Shown here: positions 38,872 through 48,624 of the stretch, in pieces | Numbering within the stretch: position 1 is the stretch's first letter | How the letters are laid out: each line of letters opens with the position of its first letter | Source of the DNA: an uncultured Gemmatimonadales bacterium | GTDB lineage: Bacteria > Gemmatimonadota > Gemmatimonadetes > Gemmatimonadales > Gemmatimonadaceae | Reading direction: 5' to 3' | NCBI GenBank assembly: GCA_963793305.1 | Contig: CAWBZV010000003.1 | Location: 224,001-288,000, forward strand | Length of the DNA stretch: 64,000 nt | The notes under the pieces: model-generated | What the model saw: only the letters and a program-made list of their open reading frames with translations | The model's database searches: none | Told to the model about the DNA's origin: nothing | Position numbers and translations under genes: made by a program

Positions 38872-40984
38872 CCCGTAACGCCGTCCCGGCGTCGTTGAGT
38901 GCCTGCGCCGCGGCGTTGAACCGCGCGGCGAGATCGGCGATCTCGCGAGTGACGAGCGCTTGATCTCCTGACCGGATGGCTTCGGTCACCGACGGAAACA
39001 GGACGTTCGCGTAGCCGTTATTCTCGTCGGCCGCGAAGATGAGATTGCGGAACCAGGGACGGGTGCGCAGCCCTTCCGGCCGCGTCAGCGCGCGCTCGAC
39101 CCGCAAGAGCGCAAGATTCACACTCTCGGGTACGGCCCCGTGGCCCAGCGCGTCATCGCGGCTCGTCGCGAACGCCCGCGCCGCGTGCTCGAAGTTGTCG
39201 ATGCTCGCGTTGATCGGATCGAGCGCCACGGTCATGCCCTTGGCGTTCGCCGCGCGAGTGAGCGACGCGACGTTGCCCCGCATCGTCGTGGCGTACTCGA
39301 CGTAATCGTACGGCAGCACGTCGGCATTCGCGACGCGCAGGAGCATGGCCGCCGCGATCCGCGCCGCCGCCGCGTGCCGCACATACCCCGGATCCCCGAA
39401 CCGGGTCATCCACAGGTAGTCGTCGTACGCCGAGTGATACACACCGGTCGGTCCACCGAAGCCCCAGTCCATGATGGGCACGCCGAGGTGATTGTAGAAT
39501 CCGGCGAAGTCAGACCCGCCACCGGGGTCCCCGAACTTGGGTCCGGTACTATCCGCCCCGCGCCGCCAACTGTCGTACACGGTGCCCGAGTCGGGTGCGG
39601 GAGAGGGCACTTCGCGAAGCACCGATCGCAGCGTCTCACGCAGCGACGGCGATCCCGTCGCGCCGAAATTCGGGCCGGCGGCGGCGACGTCGAGGTTGAT
39701 GTACATGACGGCCCCGCGCGCGATCCGCAGGGAATCGTCCTCGACGTACTCCGTCGACCCGATGAGCCCCCACTCCTCGGCGTCCCATGTCGCGAACACG
39801 ATCGTCCGCTTCGGCCGATGCCCGGCTTTGACTTCGGCCGCGACAGCCCGCGCGGCCTCGAGGATCGCGGTCGTACCGCTCACGTTGTCCGCGGTCCCGG
39901 GACCCCAGGCATCGCGGTGGCCACCGATGATCACCATCTCGTCGGGATACGTCGTGCCGCGCACGATGCCGAACGTGTCCCAGATGGTCTTGTAGGCCGC
40001 GGTGCCCGTGTCTATGGTGACCGCGACGCGGGCCGTCACCGGTCCCGGCCCGACGTGATACCGGAACGGCAGACCGCCTTGCCACGACGCTGGCAACTCG
40101 GGATCGCGGGCGACGCAGATCGCGAGCCCCACACCGACGCACGGCGCGCCACGATCGTGAACACCGCGCAGCAACTCGGCCGCGTTGCGATACGAGATCG
40201 GCACGACGGGAATGCGCGGGATCGCCATCTGGGCGATCGGGAGCCGCTTGGCGCCAGCGGTGCTCGGATAGCCTGGCGTCGACGGGTCGCCGTTGTCGTT
40301 CATGACGCTGCCGCGCTGGACGCCTTGCTCGGGGCGCATCGGGCCCGACGGGAACACGTCGCCTCTCGCGAAGCCATCATCGGCCGGGTCCGAGAAAATC
40401 AGCAGCGCGACCGCGCCGTGCTTCTCGGCCTCTCTCGCTTTGATGCCGCGGAAAGAATGCCCGTATCTGGCCAATACGACCTTGCCGGTCACCGACACGC
40501 CAATCGAGTCGAGATGCGCGTAATCCTCGATCAGCCCGTAGTTCACATAGACGACTTCACCGCTCACATCTCCCGCGGCGCCGTAGCCGTTGAACACGGG
40601 AATCTGAGGAAAGGCGCTTGACGTACTGTCCCCGGCCACCGGTCCTTCGGCGAGCGGCAACTCCATCTGGTCAGGCGACGTCCGCCAGACGTGAACCGAC
40701 GTCGGATACGGCATGTAGACGTTGTACGACCGGAACGATGTCTCGAGGCCGTACGATTTCATGCGCGCGATGACGTAATCCCGCGTGCGCGCCTGAGCCG
40801 GCGATCCGGCCATGTGCGGCTCGTGCGATAGCGTCCGCGAGATGGTGTCGGCGGTAGCCGGCGCCGGACGCCCGATCACGCTGGCTTCGAGCGCATGCTC
40901 GGTCGTTGCGTCGGCGGGCGTGTAACCGGGGAGTTGCGCGCCGGCGGGAATGGCGAGCAAAAGCAGGCTAAGCGTGCATCGCAT
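38855..40984 (-). CDS. M28 peptidase (glutamate carboxypeptidase II / transferrin-receptor-like)
   Basis: PA domain VYVNYG, GGHRDAW, DNVSG, WDAEEWGLIGSTE, YHSAYD. Confidence 0.93.
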   Translation of the reverse strand: MRCTLSLLLLAIPAGAQLPGYTPADATTEHALEASVIGRPAPATADTISRTLSHEPHMAGSPAQARTRDYVIARMKSYGLETSFRSYNVYMPYPTSVHVWRTSPDQMELPLAEGPVAGDSTSSAFPQIPVFNGYGAAGDVSGEVVYVNYGLIEDYAHLDSIGVSVTGKVVLARYGHSFRGIKAREAEKHGAVALLIFSDPADDGFARGDVFPSGPMRPEQGVQRGSVMNDNGDPSTPGYPSTAGAKRLPIAQMAIPRIPVVPISYRNAAELLRGVHDRGAPCVGVGLAICVARDPELPASWQGGLPFRYHVGPGPVTARVAVTIDTGTAAYKTIWDTFGIVRGTTYPDEMVIIGGHRDAWGPGTADNVSGTTAILEAARAVAAEVKAGHRPKRTIVFATWDAEEWGLIGSTEYVEDDSLRIARGAVMYINLDVAAAGPNFGATGSPSLRETLRSVLREVPSPAPDSGTVYDSWRRGADSTGPKFGDPGGGSDFAGFYNHLGVPIMDWGFGGPTGVYHSAYDDYLWMTRFGDPGYVRHAAAARIAAAMLLRVANADVLPYDYVEYATTMRGNVASLTRAANAKGMTVALDPINASIDNFEHAARAFATSRDDALGHGAVPESVNLALLRVERALTRPEGLRTRPWFRNLIFAADENNGYANVLFPSVTEAIRSGDQALVTREIADLAARFNAAAQALNDAGTALRAKPGA

Positions 40985-41594
40985 CGCGCACCCCCGTGAT
41001 CACGAACTGCACCGCGACCGCGGCCAGAAGAAGTCCCATGAGGCGGGTGACGATGCGTATGCCGGTCCGGCCGAGCCGAGCCATCAGACGATCTCCGAGA
41101 CGGAGTGAGAGCCAACAAGCGAGCGAGGTGAGTGCGATGGAACCGTAGACCACGATGTTCTGCGAAGGGCCGCGCGCCTGTCCGGCGAGCACCATCACGG
41201 TCGAGATGGCGCCGGGACCCGCGAGCATGGGCACGGCGAGCGGCGTAATCGCGACGTTGTCCTTCTCTTGCCCCTCGACGATCTCGGCGGGCGTTTCCTG
41301 CGTCGTGCGTTGTCCGCGCAGCATGTCCATGGCCACGAGCCAGAGGATGAACCCGCCCGCAATGCGAAACGCGGGCAGCGTGATGCCGAATAACTGAAAG
41401 ATGTAACGTCCAGAGGCCGCGAAAACGCTGAGCAGGATGGCCGCCGCGAGGCAGGCGCGTCCCGCCGTGCGCGCCCGCTCGTCCGGGGTCTCGCCGCTCG
41501 TGATGACGAGATACGTCGGGATCACGGCGATCGGGTCGACGATGGCCAGAACTGACGTGAACGTGATGAGGGCGAACTGGAAGTACTCGCGCAC
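40968..41594 (-). CDS. MarC-family membrane protein
   Basis: IVDPIA, FRIAGG, PLAVPMLAGPGAI, RLMGLLLAA. Confidence 0.93.
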   Translation of the reverse strand: MREYFQFALITFTSVLAIVDPIAVIPTYLVITSGETPDERARTAGRACLAAAILLSVFAASGRYIFQLFGITLPAFRIAGGFILWLVAMDMLRGQRTTQETPAEIVEGQEKDNVAITPLAVPMLAGPGAISTVMVLAGQARGPSQNIVVYGSIALTSLACWLSLRLGDRLMARLGRTGIRIVTRLMGLLLAAVAVQFVITGVRDAMHA

Positions 41595-41626
41595 GCGCGA
41601 AGTCTAGCGGCCAGCCGGTGCCGCGC

Positions 41627-42238
41627 CTACTCGTACTCGGCCAGCGCCGCGTCGATGGCCTGCCGCAGTCGCACGTCCCTGTCGGGGCCCTCCGCGATAC
41701 TGCTCACCAGGCGCGTAAACTGCCGGACCATCTCGTCAGCGACAAACCCGGGCGCATGTCCACGCGAGACGCCGAAGGCGTCGAGTGCAGTTTCGGCCAA
41801 GCGACGGAGCGCGTCGCGCGTGTCCGGATCGAGACCCTGCAGAACTGACGGGTCACGTGGTCGTGGCGCCGGCGTGCGGCGCCGGTTGCGACGCGGGGCG
41901 TCAACCAAGTCGCGGAGGGAACCCAAGCGAACGATAAACGCGCCCGCCGTATGCTCCCGCGCCTCGACAATGACGCCATGCCGCCGCAGCAGGGGAAGGA
42001 GCCGCACGATCGCCTCGCGGATGACCGGCACGCCATCCGTGCTCCCTTGACCACGTCCGGTGATGACCAGGACTTCCTCCCCGGGCACCGTCACCTGCCG
42101 CTCTCGCAACCACGCCTCGGCGCGCCGCACGGCATCGCCCCCGCTCGGCAGGCCTTCGCGCAGGTTGAGCGTGCGCTGAGGCCCGAACCGCGCCGCATCG
42201 AATGCGTGCTGGAGGCTACCGTCCGGCGGCTGCGACAA
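41627..42238 (-). CDS. Smr/MutS2-domain protein
   Basis: TLNLRE...VLVITGRGQGS...GAFIVRL. Confidence 0.75.
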   Translation of the reverse strand: MSQPPDGSLQHAFDAARFGPQRTLNLREGLPSGGDAVRRAEAWLRERQVTVPGEEVLVITGRGQGSTDGVPVIREAIVRLLPLLRRHGVIVEAREHTAGAFIVRLGSLRDLVDAPRRNRRRTPAPRPRDPSVLQGLDPDTRDALRRLAETALDAFGVSRGHAPGFVADEMVRQFTRLVSSIAEGPDRDVRLRQAIDAALAEYE

Positions 42239-43826
42239 CGGTGGGACGATGCGGCGCGGACAACGCTTCCCACAGGACGTGGCCGTCGAGTCGCTCCGAC
42301 GGCTTGACGCCGAGCACGGCCGCGAGCGTCGGCGCCATGTCGACGACGCGCACCGTGTTCGTGTACTTGCCCGGTTTGAATGCCGGACCGGAGAACAGGA
42401 TCGGGACCCAGGCGTCGTAGTCGTATACGGACCCGTGGGACGCCGACCCGCCCGGATCGCCCCAGTACCAGTACGGTTTGAGCGTCACGACGAGCTCCGG
42501 CGCAACGTCGTCCGGGAACATGTGGAACCAGCGGCGAGCGATGAAATCGTGAACGGTATCCTTCTGCGCCAGCGTTCTGACCACATCGATCCGCGCCACT
42601 CCCGGCACCGCCCGGACATTCGCGCTGAACACTCGAATGAGCGAATCCGGATCCACACCGCCAGCCCGTAGCCGGTCCTTATCGACATACAGGCACCCTT
42701 CCGAGAATCGCCATGCAGTCGAATCGACGCCATGGCGTGGGAGCGCCTGGCGGATGTACTCGAAGAATCCCGTGATGTTCACATACCCGGCGCCCGCGTT
42801 CGGATAGCGCCCAGTGTGCACCTCGGGAAATGGCGCCACCCCGTGGTCGGCGGTCAGCGCGAAGATCACCCGGGTCGAGTCGCGGATCGAATACAGCGAG
42901 TCGAGAAACGCGCCGAGGTATTGATCGAGTCGCACGATCTGATCGTGCAGTTCTTTCGAATCGGGCCCATAGCGGTGGCCAATGGCATCCGTGGTCGAGA
43001 GCGAGATCTGGAGCAGATCCGGCACGGGACCTTCGCCGAGGTGCATCGCGCGCACGCCGGCGAGCGCGACTTCGAGCGTGAGCTGATCCATCATCGGCGT
43101 TTGCGCCAGAGCCCGCGTGACGGTCGAGTCGCGCGGCAGCTTGTGCGGGAACACGAAGTCTTTCCCGCCGCTCTCGAACGCGACGGAGTCCGGCTCCGGA
43201 TACGCGCTGTCCGGCAGCAATGGCTTCCACACCTGCCCCGCAAACGAAAGTGGCAGCCGCTTCGCGTTGAACTCGGTGAGCCAGGTCGGCAGCGTATCCG
43301 AGTAGTAGGTGCTGGTCGTGAAGTTGCCGTTGGTGACGAACCACACGGCCGTCTGATGCGCCCGCCCGATCGGAAGAATCGCCGCGCGATCTTTGCGCGA
43401 GACCGAGAGCGCGCGCGAACGCCAGTCGCGCACGCGCATCCAGTCGATCAGCGTCGACCCGCGAAACCGGAACGGCGAGGCGCCGGTGTCGTTCATCGCA
43501 ATGAGCGGCGTCTGCACGTCGAGCACGCCGGCGCTATTGGCGACGATGCCGGTGTGTCGCGGGAATCGACCGGACAGCACCGCCGCGTGTCCCGGCGCGG
43601 TCTCGGTGATCGCGTGGTCCTGGTAGCCCTGCGTGAACACGGCGCCGTGGCGATAGAGCCGGCCGAGTCCGCCAGTGAGCTGCGGCAGGAAGCGCGGGAA
43701 ATAGTCTGAGCGCATCTGGTCGACGGTCAGGAACACGACCAGCGTGGGCGGCGGCGGAGCCTTGGTCTGCGCGACAGCGGCGAGCGGGAGCGTCAGCGCG
43801 GCGAGTGCCAGCGGGAGCCGATTCAC
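42216..43826 (-). CDS. Alkaline phosphatase superfamily protein (PafA/PhoK-like)
   Basis: VDQMRSDY, ETAPGHA, SRKDRAA, DAIGHRYGP, TADHG, HGSVYDYD. Confidence 0.92.
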   Translation of the reverse strand: MNRLPLALAALTLPLAAVAQTKAPPPPTLVVFLTVDQMRSDYFPRFLPQLTGGLGRLYRHGAVFTQGYQDHAITETAPGHAAVLSGRFPRHTGIVANSAGVLDVQTPLIAMNDTGASPFRFRGSTLIDWMRVRDWRSRALSVSRKDRAAILPIGRAHQTAVWFVTNGNFTTSTYYSDTLPTWLTEFNAKRLPLSFAGQVWKPLLPDSAYPEPDSVAFESGGKDFVFPHKLPRDSTVTRALAQTPMMDQLTLEVALAGVRAMHLGEGPVPDLLQISLSTTDAIGHRYGPDSKELHDQIVRLDQYLGAFLDSLYSIRDSTRVIFALTADHGVAPFPEVHTGRYPNAGAGYVNITGFFEYIRQALPRHGVDSTAWRFSEGCLYVDKDRLRAGGVDPDSLIRVFSANVRAVPGVARIDVVRTLAQKDTVHDFIARRWFHMFPDDVAPELVVTLKPYWYWGDPGGSASHGSVYDYDAWVPILFSGPAFKPGKYTNTVRVVDMAPTLAAVLGVKPSERLDGHVLWEALSAPHRPTVVAAAGR

Positions 43827-43887
43827 GCCAGTTAAGCTAGCGCAGGGCTGCAGACTCACGTATCTGATCGGCAACAATCGAGCGGAG

Positions 43888-43966
43888 GCTCGGCGCAGCC
43901 GAGCTCAGGTCAACCGACCAGTCGAGCAGTGCGTAGCCACTGCATCGACGCGCGGCGGAGCCGCGT
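43888..43966 (+). repeat. Multi-hairpin repeat element, copy 3 (intergenic)
   Basis: GCTCGGC-GCA-GCCGAGC TCAGGTCAACCGACCA GTCGA-GCAGTG-cgtagc-CACTGC-A-TCGAC GCGCGGC-GGA-GCCGCG. Confidence 0.9.
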
Positions 43967-44030
43967 CTATGTCATCCCCTTGGGACAACACTCGTGTTCG
44001 AACGACGACATTTCGCCTTCGGGCAAGCCG

Positions 44031-44075
44031 TAAGTCGTTGATTTACTTACACGACCGCCCCGGCACCGAGCCTGC
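44031..44075 (+). promoter_or_regulatory. IHF site plus putative sigma54 -24/-12 promoter
   Basis: TAAGTCGTTGATT (44031-44043) is the reverse complement of WATCAA-N4-TTR; CGGCAC-N5-CTGC (GG-N10-GC) at 44061-44075. Confidence 0.5.
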
Positions 44076-44108
44076 CTTAGACACGATGCCCCCCCGGTCG
44101 GAGGACCG

Positions 44109-44804
44109 ATGTTCCGTAAGGCGCTCTTGTTCGCGCTCGCGTTCCCGCTGGCAGTCTCGACGCTTTCCGCGCAGTGGGTCGATCGACCCTACTATCGCGT
44201 GCCAGGCTCGACGCTGCCGGCTTTCCAGATCACGCCCTATGTCGGCTATATCGACTTCGGTCGCTATATCAACGGCCCGCTGGGCCAGGATGTGCAGCTT
44301 CCGAATGGCCCGATCTTCGGCGGCCAAGTCTCGCTGTCCTTAACGCGCTACGTCGCGGTTTTCGGCGAGCTCGGGTACGCGACTTCGAACCAAAGAGTGA
44401 CGCCATACGGGTATGGCGGAGTGTTCTCCTCGAATAGCTCAGGTATCTGGGTCTACGATGGCGGACTCCAGCTCATGGCACCATTTCGCGCCGCGGATCG
44501 TCACTGGTTGGTGCCATTCGTGCAAGTTGGTGCAGGCGGTATCGACTATCGGTTGTACAACTACAACAATGGCGGTATCGCAACGGATCAACGTTTTGCA
44601 TGGAACGGTGGTGTAGGCTTTGATTATCATTTCACGCGACAAGTCGGGTTGCGCCTGATGGCGAAGGACTACATCGCGATGTTCAACGTGCCACATACGG
44701 TTATCGTACCCGCCGCCGGCGGGGGCACGACGACGACGCAAGTCACGGCGCAGAATAACAACAACAATTACGCCTTCTCAGCGGGTTTGAACATTGGATT
44801 CTGA
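44109..44804 (+). CDS. Outer-membrane beta-barrel protein
   Basis: Signal peptide, PFVQVGAG, FAWNGGVGFDY, C-terminal Phe (GLNIGF). Confidence 0.85.
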   Translation: MFRKALLFALAFPLAVSTLSAQWVDRPYYRVPGSTLPAFQITPYVGYIDFGRYINGPLGQDVQLPNGPIFGGQVSLSLTRYVAVFGELGYATSNQRVTPYGYGGVFSSNSSGIWVYDGGLQLMAPFRAADRHWLVPFVQVGAGGIDYRLYNYNNGGIATDQRFAWNGGVGFDYHFTRQVGLRLMAKDYIAMFNVPHTVIVPAAGGGTTTTQVTAQNNNNNYAFSAGLNIGF

Positions 44805-44841
44805 ACCTCAACGCCCAGCACTCGAACGTTGGCTCGCGCTC

Positions 44842-45123
44842 ATGAGTGACCAGGAAGCGCGGCGCTTATTGCGAGAGTGCGTGGACCGCTACCGTCGCCG
44901 GCCGTACGCCGAGCTCCGCCGCGCGTGCGGTGACGACCCGGCGACGGTCGACGTCGCCGGGCGCTCCGGAGCGCATTATCGGATCATGGTGCACGTCGTG
45001 CCCGACAGCAGCGACGCGCGCCCGGACGCCGTCCGCGTGATCGCGCGGATGAGCGGCGACGAGTCCCTCGAGCGTCTACGCGACGAGTTTACGGTCGCGC
45101 CGAAGAGCCACGCCGGCGTGTAG
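44842..45123 (+). CDS. Hypothetical protein
   Basis: YRRRPYAEL...GRSGAHYRI...VRVIA...DEFTVAP; fills the gap between neighbours. Confidence 0.6.
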   Translation: MSDQEARRLLRECVDRYRRRPYAELRRACGDDPATVDVAGRSGAHYRIMVHVVPDSSDARPDAVRVIARMSGDESLERLRDEFTVAPKSHAGV

Positions 45124-45591
45124 CTGTTTCGACACGCAGATCTCGTCGCACGCCATCCGGCGCGGGCAGATCACGCAATCACGGCAGATCTTCTCGGGAT
45201 ACCGCGCGCGGTCCACGACCGCGTAGTCCATCGACTCGAAGAACCCGGTCGTCAGAGTCAACGCGAACACTTCGGTGATGCCGCGCGCGGTGCCGAGCGC
45301 TTCGACGCGCTCGACGAGCTGCCGCCCGATGCCCATCCCATGGGCCGCCCGCGCGACCGCCACGGACGCGACCTCGGCGAGCGACGGCGCATACTCCCGA
45401 AGCGCGGCGCAGCCGAGGAGTCGACCGTGCCGGTCCGTGGCGACGATGAAGTCATCGATGGCCAACGAGATGGCCTCCACCGTCTTCGGCAGCATGATCC
45501 GCTCGGCCGCATACCCGTTGATCAGGGCCGCGATGTTGTTGACGTCGGAGTCACGCCCACGCCGATAGATCACGTTATTCACTCCGTTCAT
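45076..45591 (-). CDS. argA: GNAT N-acetyltransferase, probable short-form N-acetylglutamate synthase
   Basis: IMLPK, LAEVASVAV, GMGIG, FALT, PEKICRDC..C..CDE; last gene of the argCBD operon. Confidence 0.8.
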   Translation of the reverse strand: MNGVNNVIYRRGRDSDVNNIAALINGYAAERIMLPKTVEAISLAIDDFIVATDRHGRLLGCAALREYAPSLAEVASVAVARAAHGMGIGRQLVERVEALGTARGITEVFALTLTTGFFESMDYAVVDRARYPEKICRDCVICPRRMACDEICVSKQLHAGVALRRDRKLVA

Positions 45592-46766
45592 GCTAGTGAT
45601 GCCTCGAGTCGCGAGAGGCCATCGGCCAACTCATCGCGACGAATTGTCAAAGGAGGTAAGAGGCGGACCGTGTGGTCGCCGGCGGACAACACCAACAGCC
45701 CGCGCTCCCGCGCGCGCCCAACGATATCAGCGGCGGGCTGCACGGTATCAATGCCCCACATGAGCCCCACCCCACGGACGGCCCGAACGTCCGCACGCCG
45801 ACTCGACAACTCGCCGAGAGCAGCCTCCAGCCATGCGCCGTGGGAGCGCACCGTGGCCAGCAACGTCTCGTCGCTGAGCCGCTCGACGACGTAGCGCGCG
45901 ACCGCGGCGACGAACGGACCGCCGCCGAAGGTCGTGCCGTGATCGCCAGGCTGCACCGCGCGCGCGATCTCGTCCGAGAGCAGAATCGCGCCCATCGGCA
46001 ATCCGCCCGCGAGCGGCTTGGCCAGCGTCATGAGATCCGGCGTAATGCCGGACCGCTCGTGCGCAAACAGCCAACCAGTGCGAGCGAGCCCGCACTGAAT
46101 TTCATCCAGGATAAGTGCGACCTTCCGCTCGCGCGTGAGCGCGCGCAGCTCGCGCAAGAACCCTTCGTCGAGCACCCGCACACCACCTTCACCCTGCACG
46201 GGCTCGACGATGACCGCCGCCACCGTCTCGGCGTCGAGCATGCCATCGAGCTCTCGCAAATCGCGCTCGGCGATCGAGACGCCACCCGCGAGCGGACGAT
46301 AGGGCAGGCGATACGACGGCCGGTCGGTTGCCGCCAACGACGCGAACAGCCGACCGTGGAAGGCGCCGCGCAATGCGATGATCTCGTGCTTGGGCGCGCC
46401 ACCAATCGTTCGCGCCCAGCGGCGGGCGAACTTGAACGCGCCCTCGTTGGCCTCGGCGCCCGAATTGCAAAAGAACACGCGGTCGGCGAACGAGTGCTCG
46501 ACGAACCAGCGCGCCAGCGACTCGCCGGGCTCGGTGCGATACAAATTCGATACGTGCACGAGGCCATCGGCCGCGGCGTGCATGGCCTCTCTCAAGCCCT
46601 CATCGCCATACCCCAGCGCATTGACCGCAATGCCACTCGTGAAATCGAGATAGGCGTTGCCCTCGTCATCAAACAGCTCGGCGCCCTCGCCGCGCACAAT
46701 GCGCATGGGCGCGCGCTTGTACGTCGCCAGAATCGCGTCGCCAGTATCCACATATGCGCTCGTCAC
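45588..46766 (-). CDS. argD: Acetylornithine aminotransferase
   Basis: YLDFTSGIAVNALG, FCNSGAEANE, EPVQGEGG, DEIQCG, TLAKPL, HGTTFGG. Confidence 0.93.
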   Translation of the reverse strand: MTSAYVDTGDAILATYKRAPMRIVRGEGAELFDDEGNAYLDFTSGIAVNALGYGDEGLREAMHAAADGLVHVSNLYRTEPGESLARWFVEHSFADRVFFCNSGAEANEGAFKFARRWARTIGGAPKHEIIALRGAFHGRLFASLAATDRPSYRLPYRPLAGGVSIAERDLRELDGMLDAETVAAVIVEPVQGEGGVRVLDEGFLRELRALTRERKVALILDEIQCGLARTGWLFAHERSGITPDLMTLAKPLAGGLPMGAILLSDEIARAVQPGDHGTTFGGGPFVAAVARYVVERLSDETLLATVRSHGAWLEAALGELSSRRADVRAVRGVGLMWGIDTVQPAADIVGRARERGLLVLSAGDHTVRLLPPLTIRRDELADGLSRLEASLA

Positions 46767-47440
46767 GCCAGCACCTCCGGGACGACCGTCGTCCCCGCGT
46801 CCTCGTCCGCCAGCATGGTGAGATCGCCGATCCTCACGCGACCCACCCCGGATTCGGCCGCGCTCGACGCAGCGGCCATCTTCGCGTGCATGCCCCCCGT
46901 TACGCCGCCCGGAAGAACGCCGGGCACGTCGGACACGAACAGCAGCTCGTCGGCTCCGAGCGCGACGGCGATCGCCGAGGCGGCATCATCGCCATTGACG
47001 TTGAGCCCACTGGCGAGCGGCGACACAACGGGCAGGTAGCGACCAGCAAGGAGGTGCCGCAGCACGGTCACGCGCACCGCGCGCACGGTGCCAACGGCGC
47101 CGAGCGCGCCGTCCTCGGCCACCACGGCCGACAGGAGCGCGGCGTCTTCGCCCGAGAGGCCGAGCGCATCTGCGCCGACCGCGACCAGCGCGGCGACGAG
47201 GCGCTTGTTGGCCAGGCCGGAGAGCGCCATGCGCAGGCGATCGATGTCCTCTGGGGCGGTGACGCGCCGGCCATTCACGAACCGCGGCTCGACGCCGGCG
47301 GCACGCTGCAGGGACGAGACTTCGTCTCCGCCGCCATGCACGACAACCAGGGCGCTCGGCGCTTCGCGCCAGCGCGCGGCGATCGCCTGGGCGAGACGCG
47401 GATCGTTTTGGGCACGGCCGCCGACTTTAATAACCTTCAT
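46763..47440 (-). CDS. argB: Acetylglutamate kinase (short)
   Basis: VIKVGG, VVHGGG, GRRVT, NVNGD, TGGMHAK. Confidence 0.88.
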   Translation of the reverse strand: MKVIKVGGRAQNDPRLAQAIAARWREAPSALVVVHGGGDEVSSLQRAAGVEPRFVNGRRVTAPEDIDRLRMALSGLANKRLVAALVAVGADALGLSGEDAALLSAVVAEDGALGAVGTVRAVRVTVLRHLLAGRYLPVVSPLASGLNVNGDDAASAIAVALGADELLFVSDVPGVLPGGVTGGMHAKMAAASSAAESGVGRVRIGDLTMLADEDAGTTVVPEVLA

Positions 47441-48391
47441 CGGGGCAGCCCCGCGGTCTCGTCGATGCCGAGCAGCAGGTTGGCGTTCTGCATCGCCTGG
47501 CCGGCCGCGCCCTTGAGCAGGTTGTCGATGGCGACGTGGACGATCACGACGGGCCGGCGCACGCCTTCCGCGGCGGTCACCGAGATGGCCGCGACGTTGC
47601 GGTGCGTGACGTCGCGCAGCGACGGCGCGCTCGAGACGACATTCGACAAATGGCTCGCCGGCATAGTATGCCGCGAACATGCTGGCGGCATCGTCCAAGC
47701 GATCGATGACGGGCACGGTGATCGTGGCGAGGATCCCGCGCGCGACCGGCAACAGGTGCGGCGTGAACACGAGATCCAGGTCCGCGCCGAGCGCGCCGAG
47801 TGTCGCCCGCATCTCGTCGAGGTGCCGATGGGTATTGCCGACCGCATAGGCGCGGTAATCCTCGGTCACTTCGGCGAACAGCATCTCGCGCTTGGGCGAG
47901 TTCCCCGCGCCGGTGACGCCGCTCGCGGCGTCGGCCGTGACGGTCGCGCCGGGCATGACGACGGCATTGGCGACGAGAGGCGCCAGGCCGAGCAGCACGG
48001 CGGTTGCATAGCAGCCGGGATTGGCGACCAGGTTGGCGTTGCTCACGGCCCAGCGGGTCGGGGGCCCAAGCTCGGGCAACCCATAGGGCGCCGTGGCCCG
48101 GTGGTCGGCCGAGAGATCCACGACCTTGGCGCCGGCCTCCTGCGCGCGCGCGACGTAGGGCGCCGAGGCGCCATGCGGGAGCGCGCTGAACACGAGCGCG
48201 CAATCGCCGAACGGCGCGTCATCGGTCGCCACGAACGTCACGGCGCGACCGCCAACGCGGACGCATTCGCCTTGACGCTCGTTCGCCGCCGCGAACGCGA
48301 GGGTGAGCGCGGGATGCCGTGCCGCGAGCGCGCAGAGTTCGCGTCCCGCGTAGCCACTGGCCCCCAATACGCCCACAGGGTACTTATGCAT
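47437..48391 (-). CDS. argC: N-acetyl-gamma-glutamyl-phosphate reductase (frameshift at ~47642)
   Basis: GASGYAG, ALPHG, ANPGCY, FTPHL; second frame [12 protein letters not shown]. Confidence 0.93.
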
Positions 48392-48426
48392 CGTTAATGC
48401 ATAATCTTGCATCTGGTCTCCGTCAA
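48375..48426 (-). promoter_or_regulatory. argC promoter with tandem ARG boxes
   Basis: TTGACG-N17-TATGCA, 6 nt before the ATG; box aaTGCATAATCTTGCAtc (48396-48413) and a half-match box at 48375-48392, 3 bp apart. Confidence 0.72.
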
Positions 48427-48437
48427 TACATGCGAAC

Positions 48438-48467
48438 AAAAAAGCCGCCCGTTGCATAGGGGCGGCT
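48438..48467 (-). terminator. Intrinsic terminator upstream of the argC promoter
   Basis: Minus strand AGCCGCCC-ctatgcaac-GGGCGGCT followed by a T-run. Confidence 0.75.
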
Positions 48468-48624
48468 GCGAGGAACGAGTCGGCTGACGGTTATTCGATA
48501 GTCAGTACACACCCTCCCAGGCAGCACCTTCCCCTGTCGGGAACGGTCGCGGGCTGGGCACTCGGGCGGCGTACATGTACGATAGGTACAACCGGAATAG
48601 ACTGAAAGTCAACGGAGGGAGCGG

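Noticed and set aside
46763..48457. Apparent 564-aa ArgC-ArgB fusion in the ORF track
   Set aside because: Artefact of the +1 frameshift at ~47642; the real ArgC C-terminus ([12 protein letters not shown]) is in another frame, ending at 47437 with an ATGA overlap to argB
48438..48580. T-box, ZTP, TPP or SRP RNA assignment
   Set aside because: Only partial resemblance (AGGGUGUGUAC lacks the UGGN bulge); diagnostic motifs not found by eye
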